64,000 bases of DNA from Octopus vulgaris (taxonomy: Eukaryota): the NCBI GenBank assembly GCA_951406725.2, contig OX597823.1:89404001-89468000 (forward strand), written 5' to 3'. A model generated the notes under the pieces. The model saw only the letters and a program-made list of their open reading frames with translations. It had not been told where the DNA came from and searched no databases. Below, one piece after another: positions 14,001 to 27,237 of this stretch (the first letter of the stretch is position 1; each line of letters opens with the position of its first letter). The position numbers and the translations under genes were made by a program.

Positions 14001-14180
14001 GGTGGGCTTCCACACAGTTTCATCTAACAAAATCACTCACAAATACATAAGAGCATTTGGTCGGTCCGGGACTATTGTAAAAGTCACTTGCTCAAAACAC
14101 CGTGCAGTGGAACCGAACCCAAAACTACTCAGTTGTGAAGCGAACTTAGCCACACATCCTGTTGCTTCGTCAATGAGTTT
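13850..14180 (-). mobile_element. SINE family A, diverged copy
   Basis: ctcttttgccgaaccgcta ... aaatcactcacaa ... cagtggaaccgaaccc match family A on the minus strand. Confidence 0.65.
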
Positions 14181-14189
14181 TCACACATC

Positions 14190-14710
14190 ATCATCATCAT
14201 TTAACGTCCGTTCTCCTTCTGGCGTGGGTTGGACGGTTTCCTAGGAGCTGGCTAGCTGGGGTACTGCCCGGGCTCAAATCTGTCTGTTTTGGTGTAGTTT
14301 CTTTGGCTCGATGACGTTCCTGACGCCAACCACTTTACACTATACTGGATGCTTTTAAAGTGCCAAGAGTACGGGTGCTTTTACTGTACACCGGCATGGG
14401 CACTTTTACGTGGCACCGTTAAGAAAGTTTTTATGTCACACCAGCACGAGTTCTTTTACGTGATATCAGCACCCATGAGTCTGCAAGGCTAGGACGTCTC
14501 GGCGAGAGGGATGTAGAGGACATATCTTTATGTATGGACCGCCACGATTTTACTTAGCTTGACGTGACTTTTCAAGCACAGCAAACCGCTAAAATCTTGG
14601 TCCCTTGTCAGCTTCTCTGTAAGGTCCAATGTCTGAAGATCTCACCTCTTCCTGAGAATACTCTTTCCACATGTTCCTTCCACAACTAGAGATCGGCAGC
14701 GAAGATGCCG
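14190..14710 (-). mobile_element. RTE/BovB-like LINE 3' end
   Basis: Minus strand reads VEGTCGK...DLQTLDLTEKLTRDQDF..FAVLEKSRQAK*, followed by a 3' UTR ending in (TGA)n. Confidence 0.6.
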
Positions 14711-16521
14711 TCTTAACTTTTGTAAAAAGGTAAAAGCATGAAGGTAAGAATATATGTGGAATGTTTTCTTCTAAACCTGTATTACTGAAAATACGACTAT
14801 AATCCAGTCCTAACATTTTAAGGAACGTTAAAAATATTTCTTCAATAGTTCTTTATACTCTACTTAAAGCAATAAATTATACTAAGTCCATCCACGTTTC
14901 AAAGACTTTCTGTGTCTTATCTTTTGAATGAAATTATATTAATTGTGGTTATATCAGTTTTTATTGTTGCTTTATTGCAAGGAAAAAGTCATAGGAAAGC
15001 GGTTATAGTTTGTTTCTGCTACGATATCTCTGAAGTTAAGTCAGCGTCTTTCAGCAATCAGGAAACTGTTTGGGGCCTTGCAGTCTAGTTATAGTTTGTT
15101 TAGAAGCACTACCTTTGTATTAGGTTACATTTTATATCTTTTCGATTAATATAGCTTCCATATATGCGTGTGTATTTACAAACATACATACATACATGTA
15201 TATATATATATATACATATACACACATTTACATACATACATACATACATACATATATGTGTGTGTGTGTGTGTGTGTGTGTTGCAATGGCTCCTTATGGT
15301 GAATGCTGTTACAGTGCATTATAATACAGTACAAGAAACAAAATTAAGTAGAAAAAAAAACGTAAGCTGAGAGCAATACTACCGTATATATATTCCATAA
15401 AATTTGCTAGAAGCGTTATTAGTAGGAAAATAAAAGCTAAAATTCAGCACACAAATGGAGGTGATGAGAACTGTACTATGAATATAAGTGTGAATTAACT
15501 GCTACAGAATTTACATCTAGTGACAACGATTTATTGATAATGTTATTCCCTTTGTCCATTTGCTGCTTACGATATAATGCACAACAATAAAACACTATTA
15601 TCACTTCTTCCAGAGGATGAGACCAAGAATATCTAAAATGCTAATGAACTGAGAAAGGTTGTTATTCCAAATGAAATATAAGAACTGATAAGGAAATATG
15701 GAAAATATTTTATCAAAAGAAATCAAACCTGAACACAGTTGTGTCATTAAATTAAATGCCTTGACGCCCACTAACGTCCATACTGTCGCAAAATTGATAC
15801 AGTGTGAAGAATACTGAAAGTTAGCAAGCTTTGCTTAGACCACCTTTTTAGGTCCTTCTTGAATAACAGGTGAGCAGTGCTTCTTTCGAAAGACTAAGTC
15901 GCTTGAACTATTACCGAAACTCTCCCATATTTGGTATAGAAATAACCAGTATCCCAAGCCTCCTATGCGAAAATTTGCAATTACATACTTCCAACTGGTT
16001 AAACCTGTGTTTCACTACGCTACCTGTATGTTTCACTACACTTCACGTTATCTGTTCCTTGTGTGTTTTCTAAGTTCTTGTGTATCAAATATGATTATAG
16101 TAAATGAAGCAGGTGCAAAACTGCTCTCACTTTTTCGATAGAATAGCTTTATTCCGGTGGCTCAACGTTGGCTAAGATGACTAGAAGCTGAATGAACTTC
16201 GGGTTTTAGAACAGTGAATCATTCGCTTAGGCCTCTTAACGAGAAATACGGGAATATCACTCCTGATAGATTGGCAGCGTGCTCAATCACCATTATAAGT
16301 ATTTCTATATTCCTGCGCAAATGATGGTTAGCAGTTAACGCTCACTCGTCCTTTTGACAGGCATGGCTTTCTTGTCTTGTTAGGTTTCTAGTAACCTTCC
16401 TCAGTAGGCAAGTCACTTATGGGAGTCGGTTTTATTGCCAACAACGTGACAGGAAAGCATGTTGCGTGTAGCATTCGCGAGTGACTTGAAATACATACAT
16501 ACATATATGTATGTGTGAGTG

Positions 16522-16583
<62 letters not shown>

Positions 16584-16888
16584 CTTATGTGTATGACAGT
16601 CAGACGTACTCTGTTGAGTTATGCTTTCTTCATACATACGTACAAACACAAATATATATACAAATGCATAATACACATAAATACATACGTATGTATGTAT
16701 GTATGTATGTATGTATGTATGTATGTATGTATGTATGTATGCATGTATGTATGCATACAAGTATATATAGATACACATGCATGCACATTTACATACATAT
16801 ACATATATATACATACACACTCACATATATATATACGCATATATACGTAAGTGTATGTTTTTTACTATGCGTGTGTGTGTGTGCGCGT

Positions 16889-16927
<39 letters not shown>

Positions 16928-18980
16928 TGTGTGTGTGTGTGTTTGATGGTGCGTGTGTTTCACTGTTTGTGTACATTCGTGTCAGAATCAATTAAATGAT
17001 CATTTTTATGTCTTTCTTAATTATCAATACTATTTCACCACTAAATATATTAACATTATTCGAATATACCATGATATATCTTGCATATTTATCATAGTTA
17101 TTTTACCTACTGATTACATTTACATAAAAAAAACTGATACTGTTTTGTCTATTGCCACAATTCATTGACCATACAACATACAACTATTGTTTAATTCCAG
17201 TTCAACTTTCACGACGCAAGTCTATGTCAACGGGATTTCATCTGTCTTTTTGCTTTCCAGGCATAGTTTATATTGCACCACAATATCAAGCAACCAAGTT
17301 GACGCTTTCTCCTTGCGCTCGGTTTTAAAATGTTAAATACAAATGTGCAGCGTGTATAATAAACAAATAATTTGCTGAAAAAGCAAAATTTTGCAACAAA
17401 GAAGTAAATAATAAACAAAGGATTTATTTTATTCTTATAAAATGTGGTTCATAAAACAATAACAATAATACTTCTGTTTTCATAGTTTTAGTAAGTACTT
17501 GAGCGGATTAGCAAGCTGACAATTTGTCAAGTGAACAAACAAAACACAAATACTTGCACATAATATTCTGATAGATGTGTAGAAAATAATGGTTCAAGTA
17601 CTAGATAATTGGAAACTTTGTTTGATTAACAGATTGTCTATTATATTTCGAAGTGTTTTGCTATGTGGTATGAGGGTGGTTATCACATTTTTAAATAAAC
17701 ATATACAATTTTATAATTAATTTTAGTAAATTTTTGTATATTTTCCTAATCTTTTTCCTCTTTGTCTTTCGCTACAATTAACGGATTATTTATTGAAAAA
17801 GCTAACAGTCATCTGCGAACGAGTAAAGCTTGGTGATACGATGTACCATATTTTCGCTAATTGTTTTAGGTGCTTATATAGTTGTGAGCAAACATAGATA
17901 CCTTCTCGACTCTTGCACCTGTTAATCGAACGCTTGTCCTCTATGTGTCACTTAGAAAAAGCGTGTGTGTGTGTACGTGCAAGAAAGAGAAAGAAAGACA
18001 GAGAGAGAGAGAGAGACCTACACACACACACACGTACCTGCACTAGATTATTACTCAATTTTAGTTGATTAGAGTAACGTGAAATGTAATGTCTTGTTCA
18101 AGGACACAACGCGGCGCACTTTCCAGGAATGAAATATGCTAATGATGTAAAAAAAATGCTATGTAAAGAATAATTTTCTTCAGTACAATAGCCAAGTCTC
18201 CGTTTATGATATTTGCTGATTCTTTACTGATAATCTATATTACGTGTATAAGCTTGTGAATTTTTTCATCTACCTTCATATCATGCCATGGGCTGCAACT
18301 ACACAGTAGTCGAAAACCCATTGTATCGAGAAAAAACAAATTTGTTTTAATACATAAATAGCTACGTGGTTAAGACGTATGCTTTGTTATCACATGGTTC
18401 TAAGTTCGATCTCACTGCATAACTTTCATGATAATTTTTCCTCTATCATCGTTTCGGGCCGTTCCATACTCTGTGAATAGACCTGATTAGATATAAACTG
18501 TCTTGAAGCTTGTTATGGGTTATGCCCGTTCTTGGGTGAAAGATTTAATCATCTCTCGGTTTATCTCCACCACCTGGTCTTTGGCACCTTTACTAGAATC
18601 CATTCCAGCTGCAAACATCCCAATTGAGTATCCTGTTTGAAGTCATCAAAATCTTTCCACCACTCCGTTTCTTCCACTAATCTCGAAGTTCTTACAAAAT
18701 CTGTATGTATACTTCTTTTCTTCTTTCTTTGACAAAACGCTTTGATCGCAAACTTGCGAAAACCTGGCGTTTGTAAAAATTATATGTGATCTACAAGCGA
18801 AGTATTCCTATTATATGCGCGTTCATCATAATTTGGAACAAATGTAATGATATTAATCATTACAAATGATATTAATCAAACTGGAGAGTTCCAAAAGACA
18901 GTGAGAGATTCTTGCCAAACAGCATTTTCCACATTACAAGAATCCATGAGTCAGTATTTGAACAAAATGTTTAGGACAGG

Positions 18981-19191
18981 AAGGCAGCGGGCTGGCAGGA
19001 ACGTTAGCACGCCGGGCAAAATGCTTAGTAGTATTTCGTCTGTCTTTTCGTTTTGAGTTCAAATTCCGCCGAGGTCGACTTTGCCGTTCATCCTTTCGGG
19101 GTCAATAAATTAAGTGCCAGTTGAGTACTGGGGTCGATCTAATCGACTGGTCCCCTCCCCAAAAATGTCAGGTCTTGTACCTAGAGTAGAA
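18981..19191 (+). mobile_element. tRNA-derived SINE family B (Meta-like central domain) with 19-bp TSD
   Basis: B-box gagttcaaattcc, then gtcgactttgcc.ttcatcctttcggggtc.ataaattaagt.ccag. TSD aacaaaatgt(t/c)taggacag at 18961-18979 and 19192-19210. Confidence 0.85.
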
Positions 19192-19224
19192 AACAAAATG
19201 TCTAGGACAGATATGACTGCGATG

Positions 19225-19545
19225 TTAAGAGACTTGGTTTGCAATCGCATGGTTTTAGGTTCAGTCCCACTATAGCCTTCAACTATACCCCAAGGCTGGC
19301 AAATGCATTATGAGTTAATTTGGTGGACGGAAATTGTATGGAAGCCCATCGTGTGTGTGTGTGTGTGTGTGTGTGTTTGTGTGTTTCCTCCATACCGCTG
19401 ACAACCGTTGCTATTTTCTATAAGTCTTGTAACTTTAAGGTCCAGCATTAGAGACCGGCAAAATAAGCTCCAAACTTAAAAAAGTTAAGTGCTGCAATAT
19501 TCGTTCGACTAAACCCTTCAATGATTGAAACAAGTAAAATATAGA
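19225..19545 (+). mobile_element. SINE family A, diverged copy
   Basis: ggttcagtcccact ... gtggacggaaattgtatggaagcccatcg(tg)n ... gacaaccg ... tgattgaaacaagtaaaa. Confidence 0.65.
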
Positions 19546-20187
19546 AGGCAAAATAACAGTTTCTGTAAAGATACGTATGACTCTTCAGAGGTGTTCAATC
19601 AATTACAGGATAACTTGAACCCAGCACTACAAGTTAACGAAACACTCGTTTATTCCATAGAACTGCCACAACTTAAAACGGAGAATTAAAAGAATTAGCA
19701 TCTAGTGTCCTTTGAACAGTAGTATCATACCCGTCTATCAGGATGGCTATGACACATTGCCAATGATTGTATGGGAACTACTGCTGTTTTTTGTTTTTGT
19801 TTTTTTATAATTTCCTTCTGTATCCTTAATAGATTGTAAGAGCACCCAGCATTCTTTATAGAATATATATTTATCGATTATATTCTAAAGTGAAGCCAAA
19901 CGTAAAGACAAGACGATTGCCCGAGACCCAAAATATAGAAATGTATAATTTTATAAAATTTTAAAATCTATAGGACTGATTGCATGGGAAGCCTTTATTT
20001 AACTGACGAAATTTTTTTCTTAATAACTATAATAAAATTTTGATGGAAAACTTGCTGATGGAAGCGAAAACTAAAACAGTTCAGCAATTTACCATTAAAA
20101 CCTGTTTCATACATTCATAATTTGATTCATTTTTCTTTTAAACTTTTTCTTTATCTGTTACATTTTATTATTTCCTCTTAATGTTAG

Positions 20188-20283
20188 AGATGTGCCAGAA
20201 ACAAGAATTGGAAAAATGCGCCATCTAATATTATCTTTGAATGAAAGAAAGTACCAAGATTGCAAAGCAAAAGTGGAAAGGTG
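20188..20283 (+). CDS. Candidate isolated coding exon (DVPETRIGKMRHLILSLNERKYQDCKAKVER), product unknown
   Basis: Pyrimidine tract and AG (tttcctcttaatgttag|) upstream, GTG|GTAAGG donor downstream, a 96-nt open frame and non-repetitive composition. No homolog recognised. Confidence 0.4.
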
Positions 20284-20429
20284 GTAAGGCATCGACGAAC
20301 CGAAGAATATCGATCGCCAAATTTTCTTATTTCCGAAATTACAGTGAAATTTCCCTTGAACTATATCCTACCTTACTTCTTAATGCAAAGACATATTAGA
20401 CAATTTAGTCTGTAATATTTAAAAAGCAG

Positions 20430-20644
20430 AAGGCGGTGAATAACCAGAATCGTTAGCGCACCGGGGAAGATGTTTAGCAGCATTTCTTCAATCTTGATGT
20501 TCTGATTTCAAATCCCACCGAGGTCGGTGGGATTGCCTTTCATCCTTTGGGAGTCGATAAAATATGTACCAGTTGAATATTGGTGTCGGTGTAACCGGTT
20601 TACCCTCCCCTAAAATTTTGGCCCTGAGCCAAAATCTGAAAATG
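20430..20644 (+). mobile_element. SINE family B with TSD, inserted into an older dispersed repeat
   Basis: TSD atatttaaaaagc(a/g)g at 20415-20429 and 20645-20659. Confidence 0.8.
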
Positions 20645-20862
20645 ATATTTAAAAAGCGGGATGGTCACAGATTGAATGTCTTTAATCATAAGACTAGAGA
20701 TCAACAGCACATCCTGTTACATTAAAAGAAAACTAACTTCTTAGCGGCACAACAACCAATTAAAAATTACCAGGGTTTTTTTTTTTTTTTTTGCTTTTTA
20801 TTATTTCAAGATTGAAAGTAACTAGATAATCTCAGATTGCTATGGTTGTTATTATTATAATT

Positions 20863-21676
20863 AAGGCGGCGTGCTGGCAGAAACGTTAGCACGCCGGACG
20901 AAATGCGTAGCCGTATTTCGTCTGCCGTTACGTTCTGAGTTCAAATTCCGCCGAGGTCGACTTTGCCTTACATCCTTTCGGCTTCGATTAAATAAGTACC
21001 AGTTACGCACTGGGGTCAATATAATCGACTTAATCCGTTTGTCTGTCCTTGTTTGTCCTCTCTGTGTTTCGCTCCTTGTGGGTAGTAAAGAAATAAGTAT
21101 TTCGTCTGCCGCTACGTTCTGAGTTTAAATTCCGCCGACGTCGACTTTGCCTTTCATTCTTTCGGGTCGCTAAATTAAGTACCGGTGAAACACTGAGGTC
21201 GATGTAATCGACTATCCCCTCCCCAATTTTTCAAGTCTTGTGCCTACAGTAAAAAGGGTTGTTATTATAATTAAGTCGGTGAGCTGGCAGAGTCGATAGC
21301 ACCCTGGACGAAATGCTTAATGATATTTCGCCCGTCGCTATGTTCTGAGTTCAAATACTGCCGAGGTCGACTTTATCTTTCATCCTTTCGAGGTTGATAA
21401 AATGAATACCAATTGAGCATTGGGGTTGGTGTAATCGACCATTCCTCCGAAATTGCTGGTCATTTGCCTATAGCAGAAAGGATTTTTATTATAATTAAGA
21501 AAGGATTATTATAATTATTTCTTCCGGATATACGTTCTGTGTTCAAATTCCACCATGGTCGACTTCGTCTTTTATCGTTTCGAAGTCGATAAAATATGTA
21601 CCAGTTGAGCACTGGGGTCAATTTTATTTACTAGCACCCTCTCCCAAAATTCCAGGCTTTTTGCCTATAGTAGAAA
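20863..21676 (+). mobile_element. Head-to-tail array of four SINE family B units
   Basis: Units at about 20863-21096, 21097-21257, 21273-21481 and 21520-21676. The linker ttattataatt precedes units 1, 3 and 4. Confidence 0.85.
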
Positions 21677-21687
21677 AAATCATTATT

Positions 21688-21870
21688 ATTACCTCCGCCT
21701 TAGCGAAAGTGGAGGTATTGTTTTCAGTCGTGTTTGTTTGTCCGCGGACAAGATATCTCGAGAACTGCGGAATAGATTCGGATGAAACTTTCAAGGATGT
21801 TTGGCCCCGTGACTGGCACGAACTGATTAGATCTTGGGATCAATCCGGTATTGGACAAGGATTCTGGATT
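21688..21870 (+). mobile_element. Helentron-associated (HINE/DINE-1-like) non-autonomous element, 5' part
   Basis: Terminal hairpin tacctccgcc...gtggaggta, then tgtttgtttgtcc and gattcggatgaaactttc motifs typical of this class. Confidence 0.5.
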
Positions 21871-22094
21871 GTTTATTATATTTACTTTATTTTACGTAAT
21901 TACGATCTTACGTTGACTTTCAAGTCTTTCTCAATTATCTCCTTTTTAGGCTGTTTCCAAAGTCTTATTTGCGTTTCTCTATTATTAATTTTACTCGCAT
22001 CTCTATCTTAGTAGAAACTGATGGATAAATAAATCAAACTACATAGACAAACAGCAGCAAAACCGTTCAGAAATTAAATAACACTAACATATGT

Positions 22095-22139
<45 letters not shown>

Positions 22140-22220
22140 TACTAAGTAATTAAGGGTTTAGCAACGAATTGCCTCACCACACACCGAATTTAGAAATAGC
22201 AGTCAAAGAGTTATAGCTAT

Positions 22221-22266
<46 letters not shown>

Positions 22267-22272
<6 letters not shown>

Positions 22273-23113
22273 TATATATTTTGTGAAATAGAAAGATGAA
22301 TAATCTTGTTGCAGATTAATCAAAAGTTTAACCGATACCTTGGTAGCAAAAATCACAGCAGAAGACAGCACGGTTGGAGGTACAACCATATGGTGTTGCA
22401 ACCGTGCGTTGGTGCGGATAATTGAATTTTAATATTATTAGTGAATTGAAGAAATGGAGTTGAACGAAGATTGAACAGAAATCGTTTTATTGCATTCTAC
22501 ACGTGTTTCGAAAGGCACAATTTACCAAATTCCGATTGAATAAGGAGACCGTATTGTGTCTTTCTCTTCAGGAAGAAATAGGAAATCCGTTGGAAAAAAC
22601 AAAAACAGAACAGAGGCGGGGCAAAACAAATCGAACGAGGCTCCTAAGAGCCCATGGCCAAACTGTTTATCAATGTATGTTGAAAACTGGTGGTGGGTGC
22701 GTTGAAGGTTTTAACGGGTCAGGCAGCGGTCATTCCGGTGGGTGGGAGCACGGGGTGCTTAGATGTTCTTTGTGACCGAGACTAAAGTTCTGACTATTTA
22801 AAGAATATTAGGTGTATTATATGGGGCGAGACAAATTCTACTTAGAAACATGTGTGTGTGTACTGTTCTATGTGTTCGTATGTGCGTTTGATCACGTGGC
22901 CGTCAGTTGGTAAACAGCCCTACACAATGGTCACTGCTGTAAAATCCGTCGGGTGGCAGAAAGAAATTATTTATGTGTGCGTGTGTTCGTCTAAACCTGC
23001 CTTGTCAAAGAAACCCCCCGTCGTCAAGACAAACCACCATTCGTCTCCCAGGAGTAATTCCCCTTGCAATGGTTAATCATATTTCTCTTAAAATCATATT
23101 TCTTCAATTCACT

Positions 23114-23118
<5 letters not shown>
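22267..23118 (-). mobile_element. Insert between (TA)n tracts carrying a hammerhead ribozyme, probable Penelope-like element 3' part
   Basis: Unique, more GC-rich sequence bounded by (TA)n on both sides and containing the HHR at 22495-22574. The PLE assignment is inferred from the HHR type. Confidence 0.55.
22495..22574 (-). ncRNA. Type I hammerhead ribozyme
   Basis: Minus strand: ttc-CTGAAGA-gaaagacacaat-(31 nt)-attgtgcctttc-GAAAC-acgt-GTA-gaa. Full conserved core, 11/12-bp stem II, 3-bp stem I and self-complementary stem III (ACACGUGU). Confidence 0.8.
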
Positions 23119-23181
<63 letters not shown>

Positions 23182-26129
23182 TATACATACATATTAACAC
23201 TTTACAGTATACTTACATATAGACATACATCTATACATCGATCTAAAATAATAGGAATACTAAAGGAAGGCCGGAATTTAAGAGAAGAGAAAACCAAAAG
23301 TTTATTCATTTAAAAATTCCTGAGTAGAACTTATTATTACTTCCGCCTTTGAAACTATTTTCAATGGTGAATTTGTTAACTTTGGCTAGTATTAAATAAG
23401 GATAAACTATTTATTACTGTTACTAAATTTTCTACAGCCACCTTTATATTCCATGACTACCATTCAGATCGATCAGGACAAGAATACTGGATTATTTTTC
23501 TGGTTTGTTGTTGTTGTTGTTGTTTTAATGATGATGACGCTGTTTTTGTTGTTGTTGTTATTTCTCAAGCTCGGCCTTGGCCGTACTTCAACTGACTTTT
23601 GATAAAAGACAATCCAGCAATGATCATCACGTTATTCATTCCAAGACAGTATACTTAGCGCCATATAATTTAATGTATCCTGTTTTACTAAAAGACAGTT
23701 TACATGATATGAAGAAGATTTCTTTGCTACTGCTATTTCTGGGAAATTAACTAACGACTTCCTCAGCTTTTTCAGTGATATGGAAATGATCAAAGAAAAT
23801 CAAAAACCTTATACAAATGAAGGAATCAATTTAACTAATTTGTTTCATATTTCAGTCACATAATTCAATGATTGTAATTCTATTTTCATTAAAATATTTT
23901 TCTTCGCAAATTGTTCAGTTGATTTTTATGGACAAAGAATAGAAGCGTGTAGATAGTAATTGCAGACCATCGTTCTATATATTTTCTCCGTAATAAATTC
24001 AAACTCAGACAAAGTATAATTAATTTTTTGTGAGAAACAGAAAATACGATGTTTCAACGAGTGTAATTGATCCAAAAGAAATTAAATGAATAGAAACCTA
24101 GGATTGGATTGTAACCATTTTATTTTCAGTTTTGTTGCTGATACTCCTGTATGGCTAAGAGAAATGCGATGAGGTAAAATTGTATGACGTTCATGGTTTT
24201 CTCTCAAAATATGCTTCGGCTGGGAATGGATAACAGTTTGCAGACTCGATGCTCTCTCTAAAAAGCTTGCCACTCCAACGTGTAGATAGGTAAAAGATAT
24301 CAACTAACGACCAGTTTTATTCTTTTACCAACTGATAGATAGATAGATAGATAGATAGATTTACAAATAACTATTTATATGTGTATTACATAATCAAACT
24401 CGCACATACGTATGTGTGCGTGTGCGTTTCTGTGCATTGTGTGTTTGTGATAAATATTAATTGACCTCGAGTCCCAGATTATATAAACATAATAACTTAC
24501 ATTATGACTATATTCAAAAAAGTTTAGTATAAGAATAACTTAGCACCTAAAACTGATGTAATAAATGTCTGTTTAGATAAGACGTTGAACACTTAGTTAA
24601 TTTAATGGCTGCTTTCCAGAAAGAATAGAAATTTGTATATATTGACCTCATAACAGTTAAGGACAGAGAAAATTAAAAGTAAACAAATACTTTTTTCACG
24701 CTTTAATTGAATATTAAAATGGCGTATATCGCTTTAACAGAATATCGATGATTAATTTTTATTTATATATTTACATTTTTGTGGATATGTATATATATAT
24801 GAATGTTAACATCCATTCTCATGTATATGTGTATGTATATGTTTCCTTTATATCTATACGCACACACACATCTTTTATCTTTTGCTTCAGTTATAATATT
24901 GCGGCTACGCTGGGGCACCGCCTTGATGAATTTTAGTCGAGTGAATCGCCCCCAGAACTTATACTTTTTAAGCCTGGCAGGTATATGGGTAAGAAGGAAG
25001 TAAGTAGGTAGGTAGGTAGGTAGGTAGGTAGGTAGGTAGGTATGAGTATATGCGTACATGTAAATGTTGTCGTGTACATATATAAAGTTCGTCATTTCTG
25101 TTGATCTGCGATGTGTGATGTGTAATGTGTTTTCGGGTGATTTTAGTTTTGTATTTGTGTGTTTCTGTGAGACATGCAATCTGTGGGCAAGTGTCTTTAG
25201 TTCTGTATTCCTGACAATGTCTGTGTGTGTCTGTGTCTGTGTGTTTCTCTGTGTGTAATCGAATTATACGTGTTCTCACGCTATTTTCATCTTTCAATTT
25301 CTCCCACCACCACCACATCGATTCTCTTTATATCTCTCTAAATTTCTCCTTAAAACATTGTGACACACTAACTTTCTCTTTCTCAGCCGCTTCTCTTTCC
25401 TCATATAGTCAGACTCTTTCATCTCTACAGCTGCATATTGTAGACCTTTCTGATTTGTTTCCGGCGAGACACATTTAGACTTATCGCAAATTCGTACACG
25501 TATTAGTATTTGGATATATGACAGGTTAAAAGTGAATATATATTTGTAGCTTCAAGACATTAAACCGACAAATGGTGCGAACTTGAAATGTATAAAATGA
25601 CTTCAAATATCTGAAATCATGGATAGAAAGTTCAAAGAGAGAGAGAAAGAGAAGTAGAAATTGAATTGGCATGGCCAGCAATAAACAAGATGTCCGCAAT
25701 ATGGGGAATAAATTTTTAGAATGACCTCAAAATACAGATTATAAAGTTGCTGTAGAAAGTATATTGATATCTGGATTTGAATTTTGGATGGTTACGAAAA
25801 CAATAAAAAGAACGTCTCTTGGAAACAACATTCACTAAATGCATATAACTCACAGAATATTATATAGAAATACACCATTATTAAAGGAAACCATCAAACA
25901 ATGCAAACAAAAGTTTCAGAGACACTAAGGTAAAAGTTGTTTGTCTATTATTACTATGGAAACCAGTACGTGGTAAACTAAAACAAGGCAGAGCTTGTCG
26001 AACTTATGTATAGCAGTTACTGGAATACACAAATCTTAAAGAAAGTGCGTTGCAAATATGATGGGTGGGGTGTCAAGAAAGTGTTGAGGAGAGTGGTCAG
26101 TGATAACCGTGTTCCATAAGCATTCAAAT

Positions 26130-26258
26130 CAGATCTTTTACTTGTTTGAATCATTGGACTCTGGCCATGATGGGGCACTACTTTGAAGGGTTTAGTCGAA
26201 CAAATCAACGCCAGTTGTCATGTGGGGTGGGGATCAAACACACACACACATACATACA

Positions 26259-26308
<50 letters not shown>

Positions 26309-26540
26309 CATACATACATACATACATACATACATACATACATACATACATACATACATACATACATACATACATACATACATACAGCGGTCTTCCACGC
26401 AGTTTCTGTTCGCTAAATTTCTCACAAAGCATTTGTCGCGTCGAGGTTATTGGTAGAAGACATCTTCCCAAGGTATGGTAATGGGAATAAAAAAAAATAA
26501 GTGGTTGCAAAGCGGGCTTCTTAACCACACAGCCATGCTG
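26130..26540 (-). mobile_element. SINE family A, diverged copy with expanded internal microsatellite
   Basis: The tail ttttacttgtttgaatcattggact..ggccatgatggggcac and the head ttcttaaccacacagccatgc flank (TA)n(TACA)n. Confidence 0.7.
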
Positions 26541-27176
26541 GCGCTTTGGGTATGACAATAATTAGATCTTCATCCTCAACCACCATCCCCAACCCACAGT
26601 AGAGACACCCTTTCTTTCCAAAAAACTTTCTCCGCTTCTATCTCACAAATTTAATTTATAGTACGTATATCTCCGAAACTTTCAAACAAGCTAAGTTAAA
26701 ATTTATTGGGTAGATTATTCCTAAGTAATATAATAATTTATAGAAGTCTTTAGAGAGTTTTTACTTAATAGGAATTTCCACTTTCTGGAAAATGACAGTG
26801 ATATTGATAAATCGGCAATTGAAATGAAATTGAAGAAATTGAAAACTGTGCAAACATTTTTTTTAAGGGAAATTACAAAGATATTTGGAATACACATAAA
26901 ATAAAAGATATATCTTTTTCAATGATACTTAGAATCATCGTAGGTGTTTACGTAAATATACTTAAGTTTATACACACATAACTATATGTTTGTAAATGTA
27001 TATATTAATATGTATATTTACACACACACATATATCTATATATATATATAGATATATAAATATATATATCACACATTATACAAGTGGAGATAGAATACAA
27101 TATATATATATACACGCATATACATAATGTGCGTACATATATAACGTAAATGCACAATGTAAATACATATATAATG

Positions 27177-27235
<59 letters not shown>

Positions 27236-27237
<2 letters not shown>

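Noticed and set aside
19555-19592. Minus-strand CTGAAGA...GAAAC hammerhead-like match
   Set aside because: Neither stem I nor stem II pairs, which is consistent with chance.
20863-21676. CRISPR-like repeat-spacer array
   Set aside because: The units are ~200-bp SINEs in eukaryotic DNA, and there are no cas genes.
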